A DNA stretch of 64,000 bases from the NCBI GenBank assembly GCA_950097015.1, contig CATNEN010000034.1, positions 3,968,001-4,032,000 of the forward strand. The letters run 5' to 3'. Every line of letters starts with the position of its first letter. The stretch's first letter is position 1. Below, in pieces: positions 48,801-60,638 of this stretch. The stretch is from Macrostomum hystrix. Its lineage: Eukaryota > Animalia > Platyhelminthes. The notes under the pieces were generated by a model, which was not told the origin of the DNA, searched no databases, and was given only the letters and a program-made list of their open reading frames with translations. The translations under genes and the position numbers were made by a program.

Positions 48801-50099
48801 GATGAGTAGGTCTACTTCCCACTGAGCCAGATGTGTAGGTCTACTTCCCACTGAGCCAGATGAGTAGGTCTACTTCCCACTGACCCAGATGAGTAGGTCT
48901 ACTTCCCACTGAGCCAGATGAGTAGGTCTACTTCCCACTGACCCAGATGAGTAGGTCTACTTCCCACTGACCCAGATGAGTAGGTCTACTTCCCACTGAG
49001 CCAGATGAGTAGGTCTACTTCCCACTGACCCAGATGAGTAGGTCTACTTCCCACTGAGCCAGATGAGTAGGTCTACTTCCCACTGAGCCAGATGAGTAGG
49101 TCTACTTCCCACTGAGCCAGATGAGTAGGTCTACTTCCCACTGACCCAGATGAGTAGGTCTACTTCCCACTGACCCAGATGAGTAGGTCTACTTCCCACT
49201 GAGCCAGATGAGTAGGTCTACTTCCCACTGACCCAGATGAGTAGGTCTACTTCCCACTGAGCCAGATGAGTAGGTCTACTTCCCACTGAGCCAGATGAGT
49301 AGGTCTACTTCCCACTGACCCAGATGAGTAGGTCTACTTCCCACTGAGCCAGATGAGTAGGTCTACTTCCCACTGAGCCAGATGAGTAGGTCTACTTCCC
49401 ACTGAGCCAGATGTGTAGGTCTACTTCCCACTGAGCCAGATGAGTAGGTCTACTTCCCACTGACCCAGATGAGTAGGTCTACTTCCCACTGAGCCAGATG
49501 AGTAGGTCTACTTCCCACTGACCCAGATGAGTAGGTCTACTTCCCACTGACCCAGATGAGTAGGTCTACTTCCCACTGAGCCAGATGAGTAGGTCTACTT
49601 CCCACTGAGCCAGATGAGTAGGTCTACTTCCCACTGACCCAGATGAGTAGGTCTACTTCCCACTGAGCCAGATGAGTAGGTCTACTTCCCACTGACCCAG
49701 ATGAGTAGGTCTACTTCCCACTGACCCAGATGAGTAGGTCTACTTCCCACTGAGCCAGATGAGTAGGTCTACTTCCCACTGAGCCAGATGAGTAGGTCTA
49801 CTTCCCACTGAGCCAGATGAGTAGGTCTACTTCCCACTGACCCAGATGAGTAGGTCTACTTCCCACTGACCCAGATGAGCAGGTCTACTTCCCTTAATAT
49901 TTTTCCTACTTCCTAACTATATTTGAAAAAAGACCTTTCAAACCAGTCTCAAACCCGAACTAAACAGGCCATCCGCAAGCTGACGCGCGACAGAAAGGGC
50001 TACATTGATTTCCTGGAATTTCTCACCTACGTGCCGCTTTTCCTGGAAATCCACCAGCGCATTGTGGCCGACCCGCTTGGCAACGGCACCCAGTGGTGA
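33877..50099 (+). CDS. Uncharacterised ~1,450-1,480 aa protein, largely low-complexity, with coiled-coil and C-terminal EF-hand-like region; candidate ciliary gene
   Basis: Hand-built phase-consistent exons: 33877-33929, 34712-34846, 35241-35564, 35680-35794, 37974-38412, 40462-40626, 42075-42241, 42298-42601, 42940-43626, 44034-44146, 44234-44358, 45490-46211, 46813-47581, 47929-48112, 49968-50099 (4434 nt, divisible by 3). The last four exons are the most secure (..[43 protein letters not shown]..); the 5' exons are less certain. Confidence 0.65.
34906..35196 (+). mobile_element. SINE family A copy 4, 5'-truncated and more diverged
   Basis: Starts at GGTCCCTAAGCTCGATTCC; body and TTATT tail recognisable. 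Confidence 0.85.
35712..35725 (+). promoter_or_regulatory. Second RFX X-box (GTTGCTATGGCAAC)
   Basis: Near-palindromic consensus match; falls inside predicted exon 4, so it is either an alternative promoter or a chance match. Confidence 0.5.
35862..37102 (+). repeat. Degenerate (AGT)n trinucleotide array, 1.2 kb
   Basis: Direct reading; explains ORF 35676..37148. Confidence 0.97.
38415..38990 (+). repeat. ~30-31-bp minisatellite (GGGAGATTATGGGATTCTTAGTGACAGATCT)
   Basis: Degenerate monomers begin immediately after the donor at 38413. Confidence 0.93.
39708..40332 (+). repeat. 32-bp minisatellite (GACCGCATGACTGTACACCAATTAGAATACTG), ~19 copies
   Basis: Direct reading. Confidence 0.97.
40701..41052 (+). 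mobile_element. SINE family A copy 5
   Basis: GTGTCGGTGGCAGAGCGG head, GAGCTCGATTCC, full body, degenerate ATT tail. Confidence 0.9.
41645..42035 (+). repeat. 33-bp minisatellite (CCATCCAATCAGACGTCACCCCATCCAAACTGG), ~11 copies
   Basis: Direct reading. Confidence 0.95.
42720..42785 (-). mobile_element. tRNA-like SINE head remnant related to family B
   Basis: Minus strand: ...AGCTTCGGACTTCAGAGAGGTCGGTGGTTCGAATC; shares AGCTTCGGACT and a B box with the 11401 copy. Confidence 0.5.
43232..43505 (+). repeat. Two exonic (TCGCCC)n hexamer runs encoding (Ser-Pro)n
   Basis: Lie inside predicted exon 42940-43626, whose acceptor and donor are both phase 1 in the SP frame. Confidence 0.85.
44470..44920 (+). 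repeat. 23-bp minisatellite (CATTCATAAGTGTACTGTACTCA)
   Basis: Direct reading. Confidence 0.96.
46209..46401 (+). repeat. 24-bp minisatellite (CAGGTGGGATATGCACAATGATAC), ~8 copies, starting at a splice donor
   Basis: Direct reading; the first degenerate unit is the CAG|GTAGGA junction. Confidence 0.93.
46402..46772 (+). mobile_element. SINE family A copy 6 with perfect 13-bp TSD
   Basis: TACCAAGTGGGTC at 46389-46401 and 46773-46785. Confidence 0.95.
48195..49892 (+). repeat. 29-bp minisatellite (GATGAGTAGGTCTACTTCCCACTGA(G/C)CCA), ~58 copies
   Basis: Direct reading; two alternating variants. Confidence 0.97.
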
Positions 50100-50292
50100 A
50101 TCGCAAGATTTTTTTAACAGACAAAATTTAATATCTATCAATGCAGTCAAAACCTTTAATAGTGACGCATTCAGAAATATACAGACAAACCGACAATGAA
50201 TTTTATTATGGGAATGATAGAACGACTATCATGTATTTATTTTATTTAAAACAACTCGATTATTATATTCTATCATACAAACTCTGTCCTTC

Positions 50293-51685
50293 ACTCTTCT
50301 ACCCTTCTTCCTCTCATCCCACCCCTTCTCTTCCTCTCATCCCACCCCTTCTCTTCCTCTCATCCCACTCCTTCTCTTCCTCTCATCCCACCCCTTCTCT
50401 TCCTCTCATCCCACTCCTTCTCTTCCACTCATCCCACCCCTTCTCTTCCTCTCATCCCACTCCTTCTCTTCCTCTCATCCCACTCCTTCTCTTCCTCTCA
50501 TCCCACCCCTTCTCTTCCTCTCATCCCACTCCTTCTCTTCCTCTCATCCCACCCCTTCTCTTCCTCTCATCCCACCCCTTCTCTTCCTCTCATCCTACTC
50601 CTTCTCTTCCTCTCATCCCACCCCTTCTCTTCCTCTCATCCCACTCCTTCTCTTCCTCTCATCCCACCCCTTCTCTTCCTCTCATCCCACTCCTTCTCTT
50701 CCTCTCATCCCACTCCTTCTCTTCCTCTCATCCCACTCCTTCTCTTCCTCTCATCCCACTCCTTCTCTTCCACTCATCCCACCCCTTCTCTTCCTCTCAT
50801 CCCACTCCTTCTCTTCCACTCATCCCACCCCTTCTCTTCCTCTCATCCCACCCCTTCTCTTCCTCTCATCCCACTCCTTCTCTTCCTCTCATCCCACCCC
50901 TTCTCTTCCTCTCATCCCACCCCTTCTCTTCCTCTCATCCCACTTCTTCTCTTCCTCTCATCCCACTCCTTCTCTTCCTCTCATCCCACCCCTTCTCTTC
51001 CTCTCATCCCACTCCTTCTCTTCCTCTCATCCCACCCCTTCTCTTCCTCTCATCCCACCCCTTCTCTTCCTCTCATCCCACTCCTTCTCTTCCTCTCATC
51101 CCACTTCTTCTCTTCCTCTTATCCCACTCCTTCTCTTCCTCTCATCCCACTCCTTCTCTTCCTCTCATCCCACCCCTTCTCTTCCTCTCATCCCACTCCT
51201 TCTCTTCCTCTCATCCCACCCCTTCTCTTCCTCTCATCCCACTCCTTCTCTTCCTCTCATCCCACTCCTTCTCTTCCTCTCATCCCACCCCTTCTCTTCC
51301 TCTCATCCCACCCCTTCTCTTCCTCTCATCCCACTCCTTCTCTTCCTCTCATCCCACCCCTTCTCTTCCTCTCATCCCACTCCTTCTCTTCCTCTCATCC
51401 CACCCCTTCTCTTCCTCTCATCCCACTCCTTCTCTTCCTCTCATCCCACCCCTTCTCTTCCTCTCATCCCACTCCTTCTCTTCCTCTCATCCCACTCCTT
51501 CTCTTCCTCTCATCCCACCCCTTCTCTTCCTCTCATCCCACCCCTTCTCTTCCTCTCATCCCACTTCTTCTCTTCCTCTTATCCCACTCCTTCTCTTCCT
51601 CTCATCCCACTCCTTCTCTTCCTCTCATCCCACCCCTTCTCTTCCTCTCATCCCACTCCTTCTCTTCCTCTCATCCCACCCCTTC
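50293..51685 (+). repeat. 23-bp pyrimidine-rich minisatellite (CTTCTCTTCCTCTCATCCCACCC), ~60 copies
   Basis: Direct reading; explains ORF 50141..51697. Confidence 0.97.
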
Positions 51686-53016
51686 ACTGCTGCATAACTT
51701 ATCGCGTATTCCAATGTTTATGCACAAAAATGCAAATTTCGCAGCACGTCGCTACTCAGACTGTGGGAAACTGTAGGTTTGGATTGCACCAAAAAGGCAT
51801 TTAAACTTGAAAACATTCAGAACTTGTTTTAGTTTTATCCTTTAACTAAAAACTGTTAGGCACAATAATTCCACTAGAAAATGTTAGATACAATATAACC
51901 TAAACTTACACCTATAACCTATAACCTAAGACAAGTTGATAACCCAACGTGCAACAGAAACGCGAGAATTGTAAGTATTGACAAAAAACGGAGCTAAACT
52001 AGAAACTCAATATACTTGTAGTTTTGAGATAAGTTTTGCAACTGACAGAAGATTAAACTGGCTTGACTGGCAAGTCGGTGAAACACTGGCAGCTATTTGT
52101 TTTATTTTTTAAATCTTGTCCACAGATTGCCACTGTGGCATTGGCTGCAATAGGCTAGGGTACTAAAGAGTGCACTTCTCAGGGCATTGTGCTTCAACTG
52201 ATTCGCTTTGTAAAAATAGTTCGAAGTCCGATAAGAACACTCAAAAAGCTTGTCTGTGAGTTCAGTTTTTTGAAACATGCAATTTTTCTAGTCGCGAATA
52301 AACACATTTAGATGACTAGCGGTCACGCCGCTGCAAGTTGAGTCGAATATGCGAGGAACGGAGACTGAAATGAAAACTGATGAAAGAGTCAGGGAGAATA
52401 AGAAGCAGATTGAGGATGAGGGTGAGAGAGAGCAGGCGAGTGGAGAGAGAAGGAGAGAAGGAGAGAATGAGAGAAGGACAGAGGGAGAGAAGGAGAGAGG
52501 TGAAAGAGAGGGAGAGGAAAGAGGGTGAGAGGTGGAGAGGTAGATAGAGAGGGACGGAATAGAGGGAAGGAGAGGGAAGGAGAGGGAAGGAGGAAGGTAG
52601 TGTAGAAGTAGGAAGGGAATTGGCCTCACAATATGATAGAACACAAGCAAAACAAAAATACTAATAATTCTAGCAGAACCTGGATGAGTTGAAAGCCGAA
52701 CAGAACGGGCACACTGCAGGATCGCGACTTTAGCAAGTTGCACAGTTTAGCAGAGTCAAGCTAATAACAGAGGTGTCGGCAAATAAAAGTGCCAATCAAT
52801 CGAGGGCGGGATGTTTCAGCTTGCTAAATCTATTAGATGGTATGAATGACTGTATGGTTCGAAAACGCATCAAGACCACAAAACGGTAATATTAATAATG
52901 TTTCCTTTAATATAAAAACGTATATTGTTATGCACTAATGAAGATAACAAAATAGGAAATGTCTACGATGAGACAGACTAAATGTGAATTGTTAATGACG
53001 ATGCGTAGTTGTGCAA

Positions 53017-56000
53017 CTAGACTCGATCCAGGGTGTCAGTGCTCTGGTCCATGTACTTCATTGCGGCGGAGTCGTACCATTTTCTAGGCACGGCCTGTCC
53101 TAAAACCAAGTAGTTAAATGGAATTATGGTGGGCCATAATATTTTGAATTTATCTACCTGTTACCTATAATATTTGGAATGAAACATTTATAATGAGGTG
53201 GGTGTCACTGGAGTGAAATGGGTGTCACTGGAGTGAGGTGGGTGTCACTGGAGTGAGGTGGGTGTCACTGGAGTGAGGTGGGTGTCACTGGAGTGAGGTG
53301 GGTGTCACTGGAGTGAGATGGGTGTCACTGGAGTGAGGTGGGTGTCACTGGAGTGAGGTGGGTGTCACTGGATTGCGGTGGGTGTCGCTAAATTGAGATG
53401 GGTGAACTCGGAAAGAAGTGGGCGTTATTTAGGATTTTTTGAACCATAATATCTTTAATTTATATTATACTATCTTCTAATTAATATATACTTTGAATTA
53501 TGAGAGCTCTGCTGCTTAAAAATATTTATTACTTCTTCATTAAGTGCAATACAGTACGTTTCTTTCTGTTAGCACGTAAACATGCTGTCAATTTATTATC
53601 TGCCTAGCATAGACAGTATGTACTCGTGTTGCAAATGTGCTGATAAAATCGTGGGAGGTTGGTACCACTGGAGTGAGGTGGATGTCGCTGGAATGAGGTG
53701 GGTGTCGCTGAAATGAGGTAGGTGCCACTGGAGTGAGGTGGGTGCCACTGGAGTAGGTGGGTGTCGCTGGAATGAGGTGGGTGTCGCTGGAGTGAGGTGG
53801 GTGAATTTGGAACGAAGTTTTTAAGTGAGGATGGTGCTTCAGAGTGAGCTAGGTGTTTTCGAGTAGAAGGGAATTGAAACACGCGCTCACTAGGTTTCGT
53901 CGCTCGAGGCCCGCTGACCAGACCCCCGGGGCCGCCGCCGCCGCCACCGCCGCCGCCGCCGCCATCTGGGACGCTCTGAACCCCACCGTTGGTCTTCACT
54001 GGAGTGATCAGTGCCTCGTTCGCTGACAAGTCAGGCTGTTTGCTTCCTCCCTGCAGACAAACAATCAGAAAGTGAAATTAAAAAGCTTTGCTTCCAAGCA
54101 CATGCATTCTATAAAAATAAGTGCATTATTAGCAAATGTAACCAAATATTTTGGTCTGGCCTCCCGCTGTCACTAGTTGCTTGTTAGTTGGCCTTCTGTA
54201 GGTATAATGTTTCTAACAAACAGGTTAAATAGAACAGGTGGGAACCCAAGCGTTGCCTAGCAGGTGGGTACAAAATTATTTAGACAATTATTTATTTCTA
54301 AACCCAGCTGAGCAAAAGCAAAGGAAAGGCGAAGGCAATGGCCCTGAACTCATAAGAAGAAGAGAGTGCTTCCATGCAGACGAATTATATTCTTGGCCAG
54401 GTATAATGCTCTAATTGCTTCTTACGTAACTTAAAAGTTTTGTGCAAAGTTTGAGTTTGTTTATGTCAGCGTCCAAGATATTTTGTTACGCCAGTTCAAG
54501 CATAAAAATTACCAACTGAAGGTAATTAACCAGTGACTAAAGTGCGTCATTTACCTCATTAAACTTTACTTTCGCAACCACCACTCAACCAGGCCTATCT
54601 TATATTTTAACTGAATTCCTTTTACCTCTTTCTCCTCCTCCCTATTCTGTCCTTCCTCCCCTCCTTCTGTCCTTCCTCCCCTCCTTCTGTCCTTCCTCCC
54701 CTCCTTCTGTCCTTCCTCCACTCCTTCTGTCCTTCCTCCACTCCTTCTGTCCTTCCTCCAACCCTTCTGTCCTTCCTCCACTCCTTTTGTCCTTCCTCCA
54801 CTCCTTCTGTCCTTCCTCCAATCCTTCTGTCTTTCCTCCACTCCTTCTGTCCTTCCTCCAATCCTTCTGTCCTTCCTCCAATCCTTCTGTCCTTCCTCCA
54901 CTCCTTCTGTCCTTCCTCCAATCCTTCTGTCTTTCCTCCACTCCTTCTGTCCTTCCTCCAATCCTTCTGTCCTTCCTCCAATCCTTCTGTCCTTCCTCCA
55001 ATCCTTCTGTCCTTCCTCCACTCCTTCTGTCCTTCCTCCAACCCTTCTGTCCTTCCTCCACTCCTTTTGTCCTTCCTCCACTCCTTCTGTTCTTCCTCCC
55101 CTCCTTCTGTCCTTCCTCCCCTCCTTCTGTCCTTCCTCCACTCCTTCTGTCATTCCTCCACTCCTTCTGTCCTTCCTCCACTCCTTCTGTCCTTCCTCCA
55201 CTCCTTCTGTCCTTCCTCCACTCCTTCTGTCCTTCCTCCACTCCTTCTGTCCTTCCTCCACTCCTTCTGTCCTTCCTCCACTCCTTCTGTCATTCCTCCA
55301 CTCCTTCTGTCCTTCTACCCCCTACTTCTCTAATCACTTACTCTACTTCTCTCTTTTATCCTCCCTGCTCATTGTTATCCCCCTATTTATTCCATTCATT
55401 TTCTATTTTTCCTGTACCTTCCGTACTCGAAGCAAGTGAGCCCCTCCACACAGAATCCTAATCTGATCGATTGGAAAAATTGGCTAGTTGCTGGGCCATA
55501 GCCGTTACCCGGATAATCTTGCAGATTATTTACCCAAAGCTAAGTCCATCTCAACAGCTACAACCAGGACTAGCTCCAATAAATCGTTTGTTGCTAACAT
55601 TTTCATAACACTTGCTCTGAACCCGAATTCCCCGAGCCTCACAGGGCTAACAAATCTCCTTATATTTAGGCAAACACAAGTAGGGCAGTCAAAAAGACAG
55701 TCAATTCCTTAAAAACTGCATACTTTATTGATCAACGAAATCCTGTCCAACACAACAGTAGTTTTTTAAGTTTTTATAGATTCGCTCAGACAGCAATCCC
55801 AGCACTACTGTCACGGCCAGTTTCACACTACTGTCACTCCCAGTTTCACACTACTGTGACTCCCAGTTTCACACTACTGTCACTCCCAGTTTCACACTAC
55901 TGTCACTCCAGTTTCACACTGCCGTCACTCCCAGTTTCTCACTGCTGTCACTCCCACTTTCAAACTACTGCCTCTCCCAGCTTCACACTGCTGTCACTCC

Positions 56001-57948
56001 CAGTTTCACACTGCTGTCACTGCCAGTTTCACACTGCTGTCACTCCCAGCTTCACACTGCTGCCACTGCCAGTTTCACACTACTGTCACTGCCAGTTTCA
56101 CACTGCTGTCACTCCCAGCTTCACACTGCTGTCACTCCCAGCTTCACACTGCTGTCACTCCCAGCTTCACACTACTGTCACTCTCAGCTTCACACTGCTG
56201 TCACTCCCACTTTGACTCTACTGCCTCTCCCAGTTTCACAATACTGTGACTCCCAGTATCACACTACTGCGTCTCCCAGTTTCACACTACTGTCACTCCC
56301 AGTTTCATACTACTGTCACTGCCAGCTTCACACTGCTGTCACTCCCAGCTTCACACTACTGCCACTCCAAGTTTCACACTACTGTCACTCTCAGCTTCAC
56401 ACTGCTGTCACTCCCACTTTGACACTACTGCCTCTCCCAGTTTCACACTATACTGTGACTCCCAGTTTCACACTACTGCCTCTCCCAGTTTCCCACTGTT
56501 GTCACTCCCAGTTTCACACTACTGTGACTCCCAGTTTCACACTACTGCCTCTCCCAGTTTCCCACTGTTGTCACTCCCAGTTTCACACTGCTCACCTTAT
56601 CTGCCTGTCGCCGTCCGCACAGCCGCCGCCTCTTCTGGTACAGCACATAGGCTAGAGTGAAAAGCGCCACAAAAACCAGTATGGAGATCACCAGGGCCAC
56701 AGCAACCGTGTTATCTTGCTGTTCTAGCGGCTGCACTGTCGCAGCGGCTGGATTGGCTGCAGCCTGCATTGGCGCCGCTGATGACGTCATCTGATCCTGT
56801 TTTATGCACAATGAGATGTTTAAAAGCTAGGAAAGTTTTCCAATTGTTCCATTGTTTAGGATATTTTCTGATATTTTATTACGTACGAGCGTACATACTG
56901 CAACAGCTTCCAAAGGTACTACAGAGCAATGATAAATGCTGCTTTTCATTAGAAAAAGGGGTTGTTTAGCATCTGCATTAAGGACTGACTTTTTACATGT
57001 AGCTTTGACACCCAGACACTCCTTACATAACCTAATTAGTCCTTTCAATGCTTCCAAAGCTTCTATTAGCTTCCGTTAGCTGCCATTAGCTGCCATCAGC
57101 ATCCGTTAGCTTTTATTAGCTTCCGTTAGCTTCCATTAGCTTCCATTAGCTTCCATTAGCTTCCATTAGCTTCCATTAGCTTCCATTAGCATCCATTAGC
57201 TTCCATTAGCATCCATTAGCTTCCATTAGCTTCCATTAGCATCCATTAGCTTCCATTAGCTTCCATTAGCTTCCATTAGCTTCCATTAGCTTCCATTAGC
57301 TTCCATTAGCTTCCATTAGCTTCCATTAGCTTCCATTAGCTTCCATTAGCTTCCATTAGCTTCCATTAGCTTCCATTAGCATCCATTAGCTTCCATTAGC
57401 ATCCATTAGCTTCCATTAGCTTCCATTAGCTTCCATTAGCTTCCATTAGCATCCATTAGCTTCCATTAGCTTCCATTAGCTTCCATTAGCTTCCATTAGC
57501 TTCCATTAGCTTCCATTAGCTTCCATTAGCTTCCATTAGCTTCCATTAGCTTCCATTAGCTTCCATTAGCTTCCATTAGCTTCCATTAGCTTCCATTAGC
57601 TTCCATTAGCTTCCATTAGCTTCCATTAGCTTCCATTAGCATCCATAAGCTTCCATTAGCTTCCATTAGCTTCCATTAGCTTCCATTAGCTTCCATTAGC
57701 ATCCATAAGCTAAGAATAAATAAACTCACCATTGCGGCGCCGCGGGAAAATGTCAGGCTGGTTGACGTATGCGGTTCAGTCTCCGATTGCAGTGCCAGAT
57801 CCATCGCTGCATCCGGAACTGTTGGTGGTTCTGTACGGTCAACAATTCTTACTGTTCCATCTGGCACTGTGGCGCCTGCCGCCGCCACTTCCGCAACTGC
57901 TCTGCCGTTACTGCTCAGACTGCCATTGCTGCTAGCTGTGTCAATCAT
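53017..57948 (-). CDS. Uncharacterised single-pass membrane protein, 4 exons, 220 aa
   Basis: Exons 57948-57730, 56796-56596, 54050-53891, 53099-53017 join in phase; TM VAVALVISILVFVALFTLAYVLY followed by QKRRR; poly-Gly tail; ends ..STDTLDRV*. Confidence 0.75.
53198..53810 (+). repeat. 20-bp minisatellite (GGGTGTCACTGGAGTGAGGT) in two patches, 53198-53410 and 53660-53810
   Basis: Direct reading. Confidence 0.9.
54628..55318 (+). repeat. 20-bp minisatellite (CCTTCTGTCCTTCCTCCACT)
   Basis: Direct reading. Confidence 0.96.
55803..56595 (+). repeat. Degenerate 23-bp minisatellite (CACTACTGTCACTCCCAGTTTCA) abutting a splice donor
   Basis: Direct reading. Confidence 0.95.
57058..57711 (+). repeat. 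10-bp minisatellite (TTCCATTAGC), ~65 copies
   Basis: Direct reading; degenerate at the left end. Confidence 0.97.
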
Positions 57949-59477
57949 TTTCTGTCTTAGTGTAAATCTTCTGCAGCTAAACTGTTGCAGTAAGTAAGCT
58001 GCTGTGCTGTATACAGTGTGCCAGTTGGCTTATGTACTCAGTCTGTCTGACCAGACTTGATCGAATGAGAAATGAATGAAATTATTTCTGACTCTGATGC
58101 TCCCTGTGAGTGCGAGTGTATTTATAATATATTTATATATATATGTGTGTGTGTCTACAAGCGCGCCGCAATAAGTAGAGCAGAGTAGTGTAAGTATTTA
58201 TGGTGCCCAATGCTGCAGGACAGCGCTGCAGAAAGCGTGAGGGGTTGGCGAACAGGGGCGGGTGAAAATAAGGGCAATTTATTTATACCCGGCAGCACAA
58301 AATGTTTTGTGGATACGCTTAGACCGTCTACTATTGGACAGTGGGCCCAAAGTCAAATCAACAAGTCTAGGACTTCGCTCTCTCCCTATCTTATTTCTCT
58401 CATTCGCATTGCCCGCTCAATTTCGCTCTTAATGTGTCAAATAATGCGTTCAGTGCAGTCTGGTCAGAGCTATATTGATTATCTGAGTCTATGCTCTGGT
58501 GCTGTAGGTCAAGAGAGAGATTGATATGAAGAAAAGTTCTTGCATTTCTTGCAGAAAACAAAATATGAGCGCATTGCGTACGGCGGCCTAAGCTTTGGAC
58601 ATAAATTAGCCTCTTAGACAGCACCCACCCCAACTCTGGGTTTTCGGGGTAGATGTTTTTTTCACCCACCTCACTCTTTCACTTTCTACCCCTTATCTTG
58701 CACGGCGGCAAATCACAAGCGACTATTCAGAACTATTTTTAGCAACTAATACCTAGGCACGTCCATTCCCATGCTAAATTGATGGATTGCAGCAGAGTTG
58801 AAGCGCTTTACCCTCCAAACCAATTTTTAAAGCCAGCCAATCAGCTTTGAGTCTATTTTTAGATTCGTTAGACAAGCAACGTTAAGCTGCGGTCCAAAAA
58901 CGGTTCATGGCTATGCCTTATCAGTGAATGCTAAAAAACAGCTTTGGCTTCTTAGCGTCCAAGACTCGAAACTATGAGAGGCCTTATCACTGATTACGTG
59001 GTCATAGTTTTTGTGCCACTATGGGAGGAAATAGAAGGATTCGTTGGACCCGTGTCAGTTGATTATGCACACAATCTTATTATTGCATATTGTATTTGCA
59101 TTCGGAAGTTGCTCTGCTATACCCTCTTACATTAAATGCGTACTTGTGTATGTGTGAGTATGTGTGTGTGTGTGTGTGTGCGTGTGTGTGTACACTTTGC
59201 TCAGAGAATCCTAAAATGAATGCCTCGATCGCTTTATCTCTGTGCTACGTGAGAGCTGCTATTCTGACTTTTATTGCCGGTCATAAATAATGCAGCAAAT
59301 TTAGTCGTGCATATTTATTTGAGAAATTACAGTATCGGCATAGTTTTATCTCCCTAGAGACAACTCCGAACTCTGTACAAATCATTTGTTCTGCTTTCTT
59401 GGCGCTATTTCTTGGCATCAGGTTCTTTTCAGATAGATCCGTTTCTTCAAAATTTCATGAAAACCAGAAAAGGATAT

Positions 59478-59955
59478 TCTAGCAATCCATTCTACACAAG
59501 CACCCACAGTGATAGTCTAGCAATCCATTCTACACATGCACCCACAATGATAGTTTAGCAATCCATTCTACACATGCACCCACAATGATAGTCTAGCAAT
59601 CCATTCTACACATGCACCCACAGTGATAGTCTAGCAATCCATTCTACACAAGCACCCACAATGATAGTCTAGCAATCCATTCTACACATGCACCCACAGT
59701 GATAGTCTAGCAATCCATTCTACACATGCACCCACAGTGATAGTCTAGCAATCCATTCTACACAAGCACCCACAATGATAGTCTAGCAATCCATTCTACA
59801 CAAGCACCCACAATGATAGTCTAGCAATCCATTCTACACAAGCACCCACAATGATAGTCTAGCAATCCATACTACACATGCACCCACAGTGATAGTCTAG
59901 CAATCGATTCTACACAAGCACCCACAGTGATAGTCTAGCAATCCATTGTACACAA
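59478..59955 (+). repeat. 38-bp minisatellite (AGCAATCCATTCTACACAAGCACCCACAATGATAGTCT), ~12 copies
   Basis: Direct reading. Confidence 0.96.
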
Positions 59956-60638
59956 TTATCTATAAAAATTTTAATCTATCAACATCAAGGTACACTGAGA
60001 CTTTATCAGCTTCATTCTTTTCCAGCGAGTGACTTTTGGGAATGGAATTTAGCGGGGCTAACGGGTAATTGTCAGGATTGATTTGTTTAGCAGTGTCTTA
60101 TGAGTAGCAAAGGCATCGAGTTCACATCATTATAACAATTATCCGTTTTCTCGCTGATTGATTGGGGCATCATGATTGTGTTTCACTTTCATGGCAAAAG
60201 TTTAGAAAAACGCCAGATTAACTTTTTATTAGCTATCTATAGGAAATAGTAGTCTTTATTTAATAAAAAATATTTTTTTCTTAAGCAATTTTTGTCCTCC
60301 ATTTCGTTTTTGAAAGATATGGCCATTTAGGAAAGCGAAAGTTTTTCAGTTAATTTTTGCGACGAAAATTAAAATTTGTTAAAGAGAATGACTCGAGAGT
60401 TTGTACTTTTAATTATCACAATATTATAGGAGTCTCGCATACAAGCGCCTCAAGTTTTTAGATACGAAACGGACGAAATTATCTCAAAAACTACTTTTCG
60501 CCTACTGTTAGTAGCGTAAGTATAATTGTTTAAGAATAATAGTTTCTTTTGTAAAAAAGTTATATGTTTTGTCCTCAATGAGTCCTCAATGAGGTCTATC
60601 GCTCTCCATTGTTAACCGCAGCCGGCAAGTCTTTATCC

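Noticed and set aside
50141-51697. 518-aa hydrophobic ORF
   Set aside because: 23-bp pyrimidine minisatellite downstream of the stop at 50099.
60170-60560. AT-rich segment with MITE-like composition
   Set aside because: I could not identify TIRs, a TSD or a second copy.
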